A DNA stretch of 64,000 nt, taken from an uncultured Desulfovibrionaceae bacterium (GTDB lineage Bacteria; Desulfobacterota; Desulfovibrionia; Desulfovibrionales; Desulfovibrionaceae). Below the pieces are notes generated by a model. It did no database searches. It was not told the origin of the DNA and saw only the letters and a program-made list of their open reading frames with translations. Positions 7,818-16,572 of this stretch are shown here, one piece after another. The DNA lies in assembly GCA_942493355.1 (NCBI GenBank), contig OW818696.1:2196350-2260349 (forward strand), given 5' to 3'. The stretch's first letter is position 1, and each line of letters opens with the position of its first letter. Both the position numbers and the translations under genes were made by a program.

Positions 7818-9256
7818 CAATCCTCCAGATTGCAGGCCGCCAGGGGGGGCTGCAGTTCGGCCTTGTCCCAGCAGGTGCTGCTGGCCTCAAAGGAAAAGCG
7901 TGCGGAGTGCATGAGCTCCAGGCAGGCCTCGGCGGCCTCGGGGTCGTAGAGCCTCCCGCTGCCGTTTTCGATCTCCTCCAGGGCGGCGGGCAGGCCCAGG
8001 CTGGCGCGGTAGGGCCGGTGGGAGCTCATGGCCTCCACCACATCGGCCACGGCCAGTATGCGCGCCTCCAGGCAGATATCCGGCCCTTTGAGGCCGCCGG
8101 GGTAGCCGGAGCCGTCCATGCGCTCGTGGTGCTCCAGCACGGCCCGGGCCACGGGCCAGGGGAAGGAGACCTCGCGCAGGATTTCAAAGCCCACCTCCGG
8201 GTGCGCCTTCATCAGGCCCATCTCCATGTGGGAAAGCCTGGCGGGCTTGGAGAGGATCTCCGCCGGGACGTAGATTTTGCCGACATCATGCAGGATGGCC
8301 GCCACCTCCAGCCCCTCCAGGGGGTCTGGGGGCAGGCCCAGCTCCCGGCCGATGGCGCAGGCCAGCCGCGCCACGCGCTGCTGGTGGCCGCCGGTGTACG
8401 GGTCGCGCTTTTCGGCCATGCTGGCCAGGGCGCGCACGGTTTGGCGGAAGGTGGTGCGCAGGGCGGCCATGCTCGCCCGCAGGTCGGCATCGGCCTTCTT
8501 TTTAAGGGAAACATTGCGCAACACCATGACCCGGCCCTGGAAGCTGCCGTCGACACCGGTGAGCGGAGATACGGAGATGCTTACCGGCAGCTCCAGGCCC
8601 CCGGCCGTGCGCAGCAGCATGTCCTCGCACATGGGGTGGGAGCCGCAGGGGTTGCAGATCTCCTCCAGGGCGGAGACGGGCAGGCCGGTCTCCTGCTCCC
8701 GGATGGTGAACAGGGCCGGAACCTCCGCGCCCAGGGCGGTTCTCTTGTCCAGGCCAAGCTGGGCCAGTGCCGCGGGGTTCAGGTAGGTCACGCGGCCCTC
8801 GGTGTCGGTGGAAAGCACCGCATCGGAAAGGCTGCCCAGGGTGGTGGAAAGCAGGCGCTCGTTGTCCTGCAGGCGCACCTCGGCCTTGTGCTTGAACAGG
8901 GCCATCTCCACGGTGAGGGCCAGCTCGTGGTCCTCAAAGGGCTTGGTGAGGTAGCCCAGGGGGTTGGTGTGCTTGGCGCGGTCCAGGGTTTTTTGGTCGG
9001 TGTAGGCGGTGATGTACACCACGGGCAGGTTGTAGCTTTCGCGCAGCAGGGTGGCGGTCTCGATGCCGTCCATGCCGCCCTCAAGCATCACGTCCATGAG
9101 CACGAGGTCCGGCTTGGTGGCCTTGGCCAGCTCCACGGCCTTGGAGCCGGTGACGGCATGCCCCACCACCTCGTAGTCAAGGCGCACCAGCCGCGCGCGT
9201 ACGTCCAGCGCAACGATGGTTTCGTCCTCGACAATGAGGATGCGTCCCTTGCTCAT
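7817..9256 (-). CDS. response regulator with PAS and HD-GYP (c-di-GMP phosphodiesterase-type) domains
   Basis: REC (ILIVEDE...LMDVMLEGGMDG), PAS-like middle region, HD-GYP motifs ILHDVGK and HHERMDGSGYPGGL. Confidence 0.9.
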   Translation of the reverse strand: MSKGRILIVEDETIVALDVRARLVRLDYEVVGHAVTGSKAVELAKATKPDLVLMDVMLEGGMDGIETATLLRESYNLPVVYITAYTDQKTLDRAKHTNPLGYLTKPFEDHELALTVEMALFKHKAEVRLQDNERLLSTTLGSLSDAVLSTDTEGRVTYLNPAALAQLGLDKRTALGAEVPALFTIREQETGLPVSALEEICNPCGSHPMCEDMLLRTAGGLELPVSISVSPLTGVDGSFQGRVMVLRNVSLKKKADADLRASMAALRTTFRQTVRALASMAEKRDPYTGGHQQRVARLACAIGRELGLPPDPLEGLEVAAILHDVGKIYVPAEILSKPARLSHMEMGLMKAHPEVGFEILREVSFPWPVARAVLEHHERMDGSGYPGGLKGPDICLEARILAVADVVEAMSSHRPYRASLGLPAALEEIENGSGRLYDPEAAEACLELMHSARFSFEASSTCWDKAELQPPLAACNLED

Positions 9257-9275
9257 CCGTGCTCCTTGAAAGGGT

Positions 9276-10301
9276 CTAGGGTTGCCGCGTGCCAGTCAGC
9301 ATGCCGGTCTGCTCATCCGGCTCCGCCAGCACATCCGCCAGGGCGCCCGCCAGGCCGGGGTGCCGGAACCGGTAGCCCGCCGCCGTGAGGCGCGTGGGCA
9401 CGGCCCGCACGCCGGAAAGCAGAACCTCCTGCGCCATTTGGCCCAAGATGAGCCGAAGCGCAAGCCCCGGCGCGGGCAAAAACGCCGGGCGGCCCAGGGC
9501 CTTGCCCAGGGCCCGTGCGAACCCTCGGGAGTCCACGGCCTCCGGCGCGGCAAGGTTGAAGGGGCCGCTGAGCGCCGTGGCGGCGGGGTTTGCCGCCGTT
9601 TGCCCCGTGGCGGGCTCCAGCGCGCCGAGCAGGAAAAGTATCGCCCCCACCTCGTCGTCCAGGTGAATCCAGGGCACCATCTGCCTGCCGTTGCCCAGGG
9701 GGCCGCCCAGGCCCAGGCGGAAGGCCGGGAGCATCTTGGCCAGCGCGCCACCCCGGCCCAGCACCATGCTGGTGCGGACGACGGCGCGGCGCACGCCCAA
9801 GGCTTCGGCCTCCTGGGTGGAGGCTTCCCAGCGGCGGGAAACCTCGGCCAAAAAGCCCGTGCCGGAGGGTTCGTCCTCGCCCACGGGCTCCGTGCCGCGC
9901 GGGCCATAATACCCCACGGCCGAGGCCTGGATGAGGGCGGCGGGCATGCCCGCGCCCGCGCTTGCGGCGCGCCGCAGGGCGTCCACCACCGCCGCGCCCG
10001 CGCTCAGGCGGCTTTGCAGAATGCGCTGCTTCTTGTCCTCGGTCCAGCGGCCCTCGGCGATGTTCTCGCCCGCGAGGTTGACGATGGCCGACTCCGGGCC
10101 GAGCAGGTGCGCCCAGCCCTCGCCCGTGCGCCCGTCAAAAGGCACTCCGATGATGGGTGATGCGGGTGTTTTGGCACCCAGGGCCATGGCGACTTTTTCC
10201 GGCCGCCGCGAGGGCACGATGATCTCATGCCCCTGTGCGGCAAGACGCCGCGCCAATGTGCCGCCGATGAAGCCGGTGCCGCCGAGGATGATGATACGCA
10301 T
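9276..10301 (-). CDS. TIGR01777/YfcH-like NAD-dependent epimerase family protein (SDR fold + DUF1731)
   Basis: Rossmann motif MRIIILGGTGFIGGTL. C-terminal region typical of YfcH-like proteins. Confidence 0.8.
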   Translation of the reverse strand: MRIIILGGTGFIGGTLARRLAAQGHEIIVPSRRPEKVAMALGAKTPASPIIGVPFDGRTGEGWAHLLGPESAIVNLAGENIAEGRWTEDKKQRILQSRLSAGAAVVDALRRAASAGAGMPAALIQASAVGYYGPRGTEPVGEDEPSGTGFLAEVSRRWEASTQEAEALGVRRAVVRTSMVLGRGGALAKMLPAFRLGLGGPLGNGRQMVPWIHLDDEVGAILFLLGALEPATGQTAANPAATALSGPFNLAAPEAVDSRGFARALGKALGRPAFLPAPGLALRLILGQMAQEVLLSGVRAVPTRLTAAGYRFRHPGLAGALADVLAEPDEQTGMLTGTRQP

Positions 10302-10377
10302 GCTTGTACGAATACCCCGAATGGTTCAGCACCGCAAGCGGGAGCGCCAGGACAAGCGGCCAGTTTAGGCGGCCAGT

Positions 10378-10863
10378 TTAGGCGGCGGGGGCCTTCGCCT
10401 TCCACAGGCGGGACTGCCCCCACAGGGCGGCGATATACGGGGGCAGGAACGCGGTGACCGGACCGGCGGCCTCCCACAGCCCCGGCATGGGCACGCCCTC
10501 GAAGCGCCAGGCCAGCCAGGCCAGGGTCATCATGCCCGGCCAAAGCAGGGCGGCTGCGCGCCCGGCCGCCAGGGCCATGGAGCTGCCGTAGGCCTCCTGC
10601 GCCAGGGTGTTCTGCACCAGGTAGGCTTCCTTGTTGCCCCTTTGGGCGGCCTCCACCGACATGTCCGCGCGGTGCTTGGTCTCGCCCTCCACCTGCTGGC
10701 GGCGGGTGCGGTGCGCATAGGCCACCAGGGCCGAGCAGACCCTGCCCAGCAGGGCCGAGACAATGGCCAGCACCAGCACGCCGAAATAGAACCCGGCCTC
10801 TGGCCAGGGCAGGAGACGGAAGGGCACGATGAGCATGGCGTCGGCGATGGCGAAGGGGGTCAT
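10378..10863 (-). CDS. small integral membrane protein, unknown function
   Basis: 161 aa, ATG 10863, roughly four hydrophobic helices, host-like codon usage. Directly downstream of the TauE-like gene. Confidence 0.55.
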   Translation of the reverse strand: MTPFAIADAMLIVPFRLLPWPEAGFYFGVLVLAIVSALLGRVCSALVAYAHRTRRQQVEGETKHRADMSVEAAQRGNKEAYLVQNTLAQEAYGSSMALAAGRAAALLWPGMMTLAWLAWRFEGVPMPGLWEAAGPVTAFLPPYIAALWGQSRLWKAKAPAA

Positions 10864-10939
10864 GGGGCGGGGGTATCCGTGGCGCTTGGAAAAGAAAGGC
10901 CGGGCCCCCAGGAGGGAGCCCGGCCCGAGGAGTGCGTGT

Positions 10940-12202
10940 TTAGACGCCGGGGATCTTGATGCCGTAGAAGCCGGCGAGCAGGTAGCCCACGCCGATGTAG
11001 AAGGACAGCACGATGAAGATGCGCTTCATCAGGGAGTCGGAGAGGTACTTGGAGGTCATGGGGCCCACGACGGAACCCACGGTGATGCCCACCAGCTCCA
11101 GGCCGATGAGGCTCCACTCGATGGGGGTGCCCTTGCTCATCAGGGTGATGATGCTGGTGACCATGCCCACGAGCACGGCCAGGGCGCTGGTGCCGGCGGC
11201 CAGGTACATGGGCAGCTGGGTCACGCTGGTCAGGAAGGGCACCAGCAGGAAGCCGCCGCCGACGCCCAGGAAGGCAGCCGCGGCGGAGATGACGATGCCG
11301 CCCAGGAAGGGCAGCAGCGGGTTGAACTTGAAGGGCACGCCGTAGAAGGTGAACTCGCAGGTGGACAGGGTGAACTTCTGGATGTTCAGGCCGATGGTGC
11401 AACCTTCCAGGCTCTCGCCGCACTTCTGCTTGCGCACGACTTCCTCAAAAGCCTTGGCGGCTTCCTTGGCGGTCTTTTTCTTGCTCTGGGCGCCGGGGGT
11501 GGTCTCGTAGAACAGCCAGCAGCCCAGCACGAGGACGAACAGGCCGAAGTAGCCCTGGTAGGACTTGAAATCGAGCTTGCCGGCGGAAAGCTCCTGCGCG
11601 CCCCAGGCGCCGATGAGCGAGCCAAGGCCCAGGCTGATGGCCAGGGGCAGGACCAGGCGGCCCATTTTCAGGTAATTGAAGGAGCTGATGGCGGCGGAGG
11701 TGCCCACCAGGAACTGGTTGGAGGCCTTGATGGAGTCGGTGATGACCTTGCCCAGGTCCGGGGCGGTCTTCTTCAGGGCGCCGGCGTAAGCGCCGAAGCC
11801 GAACACGCTCATGTGGCCCACGCCCGCCATGACGCCGCCGAAGGCGCCCACGGTGGAGAAGATCCAGCCGACCCACACGGCCCAGGCGAAGGCCAGGATG
11901 GGGTTGACGGTGGGAGCGCCCGGGATGCCCAGGAACCCGGCGGGCTTGCTTTCGTCGATCATGCCCGGCTCGGTGCCGCGCGGGGCTTTCTCGATGGCGG
12001 CGGCAAGCTTGTTGACCTTGGGCGCGCCAGCGGCCTTGGCCGCGTCTGCCGGAGCTGCGGCTGCGTCCGTGGCGGCCTTCACCGCCTCGGCGGCGGGCTT
12101 GGCGGCGTCAGCGGGGGCGGCCTGCTGGGCCGTGGCGGCACCGATCCACAGGGTCAGGGCCAGGGCGGCGATGGCCGCGGTGATTAGGGAGCGTTTGAAC
12201 AT
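10940..12202 (-). CDS. TauE/SafE (DUF81) family anion exporter-like membrane protein with signal peptide and Ala/Pro/Lys-rich N-terminal extension
   Basis: Real start MFKRSLITAAIAALALTLW at ATG 12200-12202, preceded by AAGGAGG. Two 4-TM halves with GxGGG-type motif (FLGVGGGFLLVP). The upstream part of the track ORF overlaps the FeS gene in another frame. Confidence 0.8.
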   Translation of the reverse strand: MFKRSLITAAIAALALTLWIGAATAQQAAPADAAKPAAEAVKAATDAAAAPADAAKAAGAPKVNKLAAAIEKAPRGTEPGMIDESKPAGFLGIPGAPTVNPILAFAWAVWVGWIFSTVGAFGGVMAGVGHMSVFGFGAYAGALKKTAPDLGKVITDSIKASNQFLVGTSAAISSFNYLKMGRLVLPLAISLGLGSLIGAWGAQELSAGKLDFKSYQGYFGLFVLVLGCWLFYETTPGAQSKKKTAKEAAKAFEEVVRKQKCGESLEGCTIGLNIQKFTLSTCEFTFYGVPFKFNPLLPFLGGIVISAAAAFLGVGGGFLLVPFLTSVTQLPMYLAAGTSALAVLVGMVTSIITLMSKGTPIEWSLIGLELVGITVGSVVGPMTSKYLSDSLMKRIFIVLSFYIGVGYLLAGFYGIKIPGV

Positions 12203-12279
12203 TTTCACAGAGTCCTCCTTGGCAAAATGTGTCGTTTCGTCCCGGTGGTGCCGGGTCGATATAACCGGGGTCGGGGGGG

Positions 12280-12735
12280 CTAGGGCCTGGGCCGGATGAA
12301 GGTCAGCGCCTTCGCCGTGCAGCCGGTGACGCAGGCCGGGTCGAGGCCCTGGTCCACGCGGTCCTTGCAGTAGTCGCACTTTTTCACTTTGTTCAGGGAC
12401 TCCACAAAAACGGGCACGTCCCAGGGGCAGGCCTCGGCGCAGCGCTTGCAGCCGATGCAGGCGTCCATGTCCAGCCACACCAGGCCGTCTTCCGGGCGCT
12501 TGGCCAGCGCGCCGGAGGGGCACACCTTGACGCAGAAGGGGTCGTCGCACTGCATGCAGTTCTGGTACACAAACTCCATGCGCGGCCTGCCGTCCGGCCC
12601 GTTGAAGGGGCCAAGGGCCTTGATTCTGTTCAGGGACTGGCCAGGGGGCATGTGGTTTTTGACGTTGCAATGCACGAGGCAGGATTTGCAGCCGATGCAG
12701 CGATTGGGATTGAGTGCGATGCGATAAATGCTCAT
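12280..12735 (-). CDS. 4Fe-4S ferredoxin-type subunit of a molybdopterin oxidoreductase (DmsB/PsrB-like, four-cluster)
   Basis: Cys motifs CIGCKSCLVHC, CMQCDDPFCVKVCP, CIGCKRCAEACP, CDYCKDR...CVTGC. No signal peptide. Confidence 0.9.
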   Translation of the reverse strand: MSIYRIALNPNRCIGCKSCLVHCNVKNHMPPGQSLNRIKALGPFNGPDGRPRMEFVYQNCMQCDDPFCVKVCPSGALAKRPEDGLVWLDMDACIGCKRCAEACPWDVPVFVESLNKVKKCDYCKDRVDQGLDPACVTGCTAKALTFIRPRP

Positions 12736-13070
12736 GTGCGTACTCCGCCGTGCGTCCTGTGCGTCATTGCCAGGATTCGTTTGTCTGCGTCGTCATGGGG
12801 TGGCCTGGGCAGGCCTGAAAAATGACCGGAGCGGGAACCCCCATGAGGTATCATCCCTACTTGAAATTCTGAACCACAAAGGGCGGGAACTTGTCAATGG
12901 GAGACTGAACTCGTTCTTTTTTTCTCAATAGCTCCTTTTTCGCCAGAGCTATGTTAGGGGAGAAAAAAATGTGCGAGCAGGTCCAGACCGGGGCCTTTCC
13001 CACTAGCCTCATTCGCGGGAATAGGGTAGGGGGGTATGCACTACATCCGAGATTGTTTCAGGAGGTCGGC

Positions 13071-15170
13071 ATGGCCAGCAAGAAGAAGGTCTACAGCGTG
13101 TGTGGCATGTGCAGCGTCCGCTGCCCCATTGAAGTGAATGTGGAAGACGGACGCGTTTACAATGTGTTCGGCAACGCCAACGCCGCGGGCCTGAAGGGAT
13201 CGCTGTGTGCGCGCGGCGCGGCCGGGCCTGCCCTGTTGTACGACGACGAGCGCCCCCAGACCCCGCTCATCCGCGAAGGTGCGCGCGGCGAGGGCAAGTG
13301 GCGCAAGGCCAGCTGGGACGAGGCCCTGGATTACGTCGCCTCCCGCCTGGCGGACATCCGCCAGAAATACGGCCCGGAGTCCCTGCTGTTTTCCGACCGC
13401 GGCGGCCCCTACATGGATCTTTCCCGCGCCTTTGTGCGCGGCTTCGGCTCGCCCAACTACTGCAACCACGACACAGCCTGCGCGCGCAACGTGCAGCACG
13501 CGGCGCTCTCCGTGTTCGGCTTTGGCCGCAAGGAGCTGGTGTACGACCTGAAGAGCGCCCGCCACGTAGTGCTGCAGAGCCGCAACATCCTTGAGGCCAT
13601 CAACGTCAAGGAAGTGAACGACCTGCTGGACGCCCGCGACGCTGGCTGCAAGCTCACGGTCATCGACATCCGCGCCAACGTGCCCGGCGCCAAGGCCGAC
13701 AATTTCTTCCTCATCCGCCCCGGCACGGACTACGCCTTCAATCTGGCCGTCATCAACGCCATCATCACGGAAAAGCTTTACGACCGCAAATTCGTCAAGG
13801 AATGGATCGAGGACTTCGAGACCCTGAAGACCTTTGTGGAGCCCTACACCCCGGAGTTTGCCGAGAAGGAGACCGGGGCCAGCGCCCAGGCCATCCGCGC
13901 CTTCGCCCGCCAGCTGGGCAAAACCGCGCCCGCCGTCATCTGGCATCCGGGCTGGATGACCGCCCGCTACGGCGACTCCTTCCACGTCAGCCGCACCGCG
14001 TACATCATCAACGCCCTTCTGGGGGCCTACGGCGCCAAGGGCGGCCTGCCCATCGGCTGCAAGGCCTCCGATGTGGGCCGCAAGGGCCTGAAGCCCCTGA
14101 TGGAGCTGTTCCCCAAGCCGGAGCAGAAGCGCGTGGACGGCGCGGGCTGGGCCGAGGGCCTGACCCACTTCGACGGCGGACCGGGGCTGGTGAACCTGGC
14201 CTACGACGCCATCGTGACCGGCAAGCCGTACCCCATCAAGGCGTACATCGCCCACCGGCACGACCCGCTCATGGCCTTCCCGGACCCCACCCACGTGAAG
14301 AAGAAGTGGGACAACCTGGACCTGCTCGTTTCCGTCACCTTCAGCTGGTCCGACACGGCCTGGTACTCCGACGTGGTGCTGCCCATGAGCACCTACCTGG
14401 AGCGCGAGAGCATCATCGCCAGCAAGGGCGGGCTCAAGCCGCAGTTCTTCCTGCGCCAGCGCGCCATCGATCCGGTTTACGACACCAAGGCCGACTGGGA
14501 GATTTACGCCGGGCTGGCCGCCCGCCTGGGCATAGACGCCCTGGCCGTGAAGACCCCCCAGGAACTTTGGGCCAAGCAGCTGGAAGGCACGGGCGTTTCC
14601 GTGGAGGACTTTGCCGCCAAGGGGTTTGTGGAGCTGGCCGAGAAGCCCACCTACAAGCCCGTGTCGTTCAAGACCCCCTCCGGCAAGTTCGAGGTGCTTT
14701 GCGCCAAATTGGACAAGGACGGCCTGGCCTCCCTGCCGCCGTACGTTTCCCCGGCCAAGCCCCCGGTGGACCACTTCCGCGTGACCTTTGGCCGCTGCGG
14801 GCTGCACACCCAGGGCCACACCGTGAACAACCCGCTGCTGTTTGAGCTGATGCCGGAGAACATGCTCTGGATCAACAAGACCCGCGCCAAGGCGCTGGGC
14901 ATCGACCACATGGACATGGTGGAGGTTTCCGCCGCGGGAACCAAGAAGGGCGGACGCCTGCGCGCTTACGTCACGGAGTTCATCCACCCGGAGGCGGTGT
15001 TCATGATCCACGGCTTTGGCCACGAGCTGCCGGTGGAAAGCCGCGCGCGCGGCCGGGGCGTCTCGGACAACGAGCTCATGCCCTGCGGCATAGAGAGCTG
15101 GGACAAGGGCGGCGGCGCCATCAACATGCAGGAACACTTCGTCACGGTGCGCCGGGTCGAAGGGGAATAG
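13071..15170 (+). CDS. molybdopterin (bis-MGD) oxidoreductase catalytic subunit, Psr/Phs-like, no twin-arginine signal
   Basis: ATG 13071 preceded by CAGGAGG. N-terminal FS0 motif VCGMCSVRCP. Candidate Cys Mo ligand in NHDTACARN. Length and organisation match the DMSO-reductase superfamily. Confidence 0.9.
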   Translation: MASKKKVYSVCGMCSVRCPIEVNVEDGRVYNVFGNANAAGLKGSLCARGAAGPALLYDDERPQTPLIREGARGEGKWRKASWDEALDYVASRLADIRQKYGPESLLFSDRGGPYMDLSRAFVRGFGSPNYCNHDTACARNVQHAALSVFGFGRKELVYDLKSARHVVLQSRNILEAINVKEVNDLLDARDAGCKLTVIDIRANVPGAKADNFFLIRPGTDYAFNLAVINAIITEKLYDRKFVKEWIEDFETLKTFVEPYTPEFAEKETGASAQAIRAFARQLGKTAPAVIWHPGWMTARYGDSFHVSRTAYIINALLGAYGAKGGLPIGCKASDVGRKGLKPLMELFPKPEQKRVDGAGWAEGLTHFDGGPGLVNLAYDAIVTGKPYPIKAYIAHRHDPLMAFPDPTHVKKKWDNLDLLVSVTFSWSDTAWYSDVVLPMSTYLERESIIASKGGLKPQFFLRQRAIDPVYDTKADWEIYAGLAARLGIDALAVKTPQELWAKQLEGTGVSVEDFAAKGFVELAEKPTYKPVSFKTPSGKFEVLCAKLDKDGLASLPPYVSPAKPPVDHFRVTFGRCGLHTQGHTVNNPLLFELMPENMLWINKTRAKALGIDHMDMVEVSAAGTKKGGRLRAYVTEFIHPEAVFMIHGFGHELPVESRARGRGVSDNELMPCGIESWDKGGGAINMQEHFVTVRRVEGE

Positions 15171-15207
15171 GGCAGGGGCAGGGCCCCACAGCCCGGAACA
15201 CAACGCC

Positions 15208-15246
15208 AAGGGCGGCCTCTCCTGCACGGGGGGCCGCCCTTTCTGC
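15208..15246 (+). terminator. terminator hairpin after the Mo-oxidoreductase gene (may act on both strands)
   Basis: AAGGGCGGCC (15208-15217) pairs with GGCCGCCCTT (15232-15241), followed by TCTG. Lies between convergent genes. Confidence 0.5.
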
Positions 15247-15261
15247 GTGCTGCGTTTCGGC

Positions 15262-16440
15262 CTATTCGTCGAAGTTGAGCAGGTCGCCGCGCACGATGGC
15301 CCCCTTGCCGAAGCGGCCGCGCACGGCGTCCAGGGCGCTGTCCAGCGCGCCCCTGGGTCTGGCGGCGGCCTCCGGCTCCAGCAGGGAAAGCTGTCGTGGC
15401 CGCTGGCCAAACTGCGAAACGCCCACACCGATGAGCCTGAGGTCCTGGCGAGGGTTCAGTTCCGCCAGCAGGGCCAGCGCGGTTTCGAAGATGCTCTGGG
15501 TGTCGTTGACGGGCTCTGCCAGGGTGCGCGAGCGGGTGACCTGGGTGAAGTCCGCGAACTTGGCCTTGAGGGTGACGGTGCGGCCGCGCACGCCCTGGGC
15601 GCGCAGGTCCGCGCCCACGCGCTCCGCCTGCAGCAGCAGCCAGCGGCGCAGGGTGGCCGGGTCGCGCGTGTCGCGCTCGAAGGTGTTCTCCGCGCTGGAT
15701 GACTTGGGCGGGGTGAAGGGCGTCACCGGGGTGTCGTCGTGGCCCTGGGCCAGCTCGTGCAGCCACTGGCCGCGTTCGCCCAGCCTGCCGCGCCAGAAGG
15801 TGGCCGAGTGCTTCAGCACATCGCCCGCCGTGCGCACGCCCAGCCCGGTGAGCACCTCCAGGGTGCGCCCGCCCACGCCGGGAATCTTGCCCACGGGCAG
15901 CGCGTCGAGGAAGGCGCGCACCTGGTGCTGGTGGATGATGGTCTGGCCGCCGGGCTTGTTGTAGTCCGAGGCGATCTTGGCCAGAAAGCGCACCGGCGCA
16001 ATGCCCACGGAGCAGCTGAGCTGCGTCTCGCGGCGCACCTCGGCGCGGATGGTGGCGGCCAGCTCCTCCGGCGGGCCGAAGAGCCGTTCCAGGCCCGTGG
16101 CGTCCAGGTAGGCCTCGTCCACGCTGGCCTGCTCCACCAGGGGCGAAAAGCGCTGCAGCACGGCCATGACGAGGCGGGAGAGCTCCTTGTAGCGCCACAT
16201 GCGCACCGGCACGAACAGCCCGTGGGGGCACAGCTTTTTGGCCTGTGCCACGGGCATGGCCGAGCGCACGCCGAAGGCGCGGATCTCGTAGCTCGCGGCG
16301 GAGACAACCGAGCGCGGGCCATCGCCCACGGCCAGGGGGCTGCCGCGCCACTCCGGGTGGTCCAGCTGCTCCACGGAGGCGAAAAACGCGTCCATGTCGA
16401 TGTGTGCGATGAAGCGCTCCGGCTCGGTGTCCTGGTGCAT
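15262..16440 (-). CDS. dinB: DNA polymerase IV (Y-family)
   Basis: IAHIDMDAFFASVEQ, SVDEAYLD, and little-finger domain. 392 aa. Confidence 0.93.
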   Translation of the reverse strand: MHQDTEPERFIAHIDMDAFFASVEQLDHPEWRGSPLAVGDGPRSVVSAASYEIRAFGVRSAMPVAQAKKLCPHGLFVPVRMWRYKELSRLVMAVLQRFSPLVEQASVDEAYLDATGLERLFGPPEELAATIRAEVRRETQLSCSVGIAPVRFLAKIASDYNKPGGQTIIHQHQVRAFLDALPVGKIPGVGGRTLEVLTGLGVRTAGDVLKHSATFWRGRLGERGQWLHELAQGHDDTPVTPFTPPKSSSAENTFERDTRDPATLRRWLLLQAERVGADLRAQGVRGRTVTLKAKFADFTQVTRSRTLAEPVNDTQSIFETALALLAELNPRQDLRLIGVGVSQFGQRPRQLSLLEPEAAARPRGALDSALDAVRGRFGKGAIVRGDLLNFDE

Positions 16441-16572
16441 GGGGCAGTGGTACGACAGGACGGCGCGGAAGGGAATGGGCAGGGCCCAAGCCGGTGGCGG
16501 CGGCGCAAAAAAAGGAGCCGCCCCTGCGTTGGCAAGAGCGGCCCCGTTGTGCGGGCTTGGGCCTGTGTCGGT

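Noticed and set aside
12203-12670. N-terminal extension of the TauE-like ORF
   Set aside because: It overlaps the 4Fe-4S gene out of frame. A strong RBS (AAGGAGG) plus a signal-peptide-like start occurs at 12202.
12733-12764. GTGCGT hexamer repeated three times upstream of the FeS gene
   Set aside because: The motif is short, the spacing is irregular (14 and 9 bp) and the first copy overlaps the start codon. It is likely chance in GC-rich DNA.
13041-15428. 795-aa minus-strand ORF
   Set aside because: It is antisense to the molybdopterin oxidoreductase gene. It has low-complexity composition and no motifs, so it is a shadow ORF.
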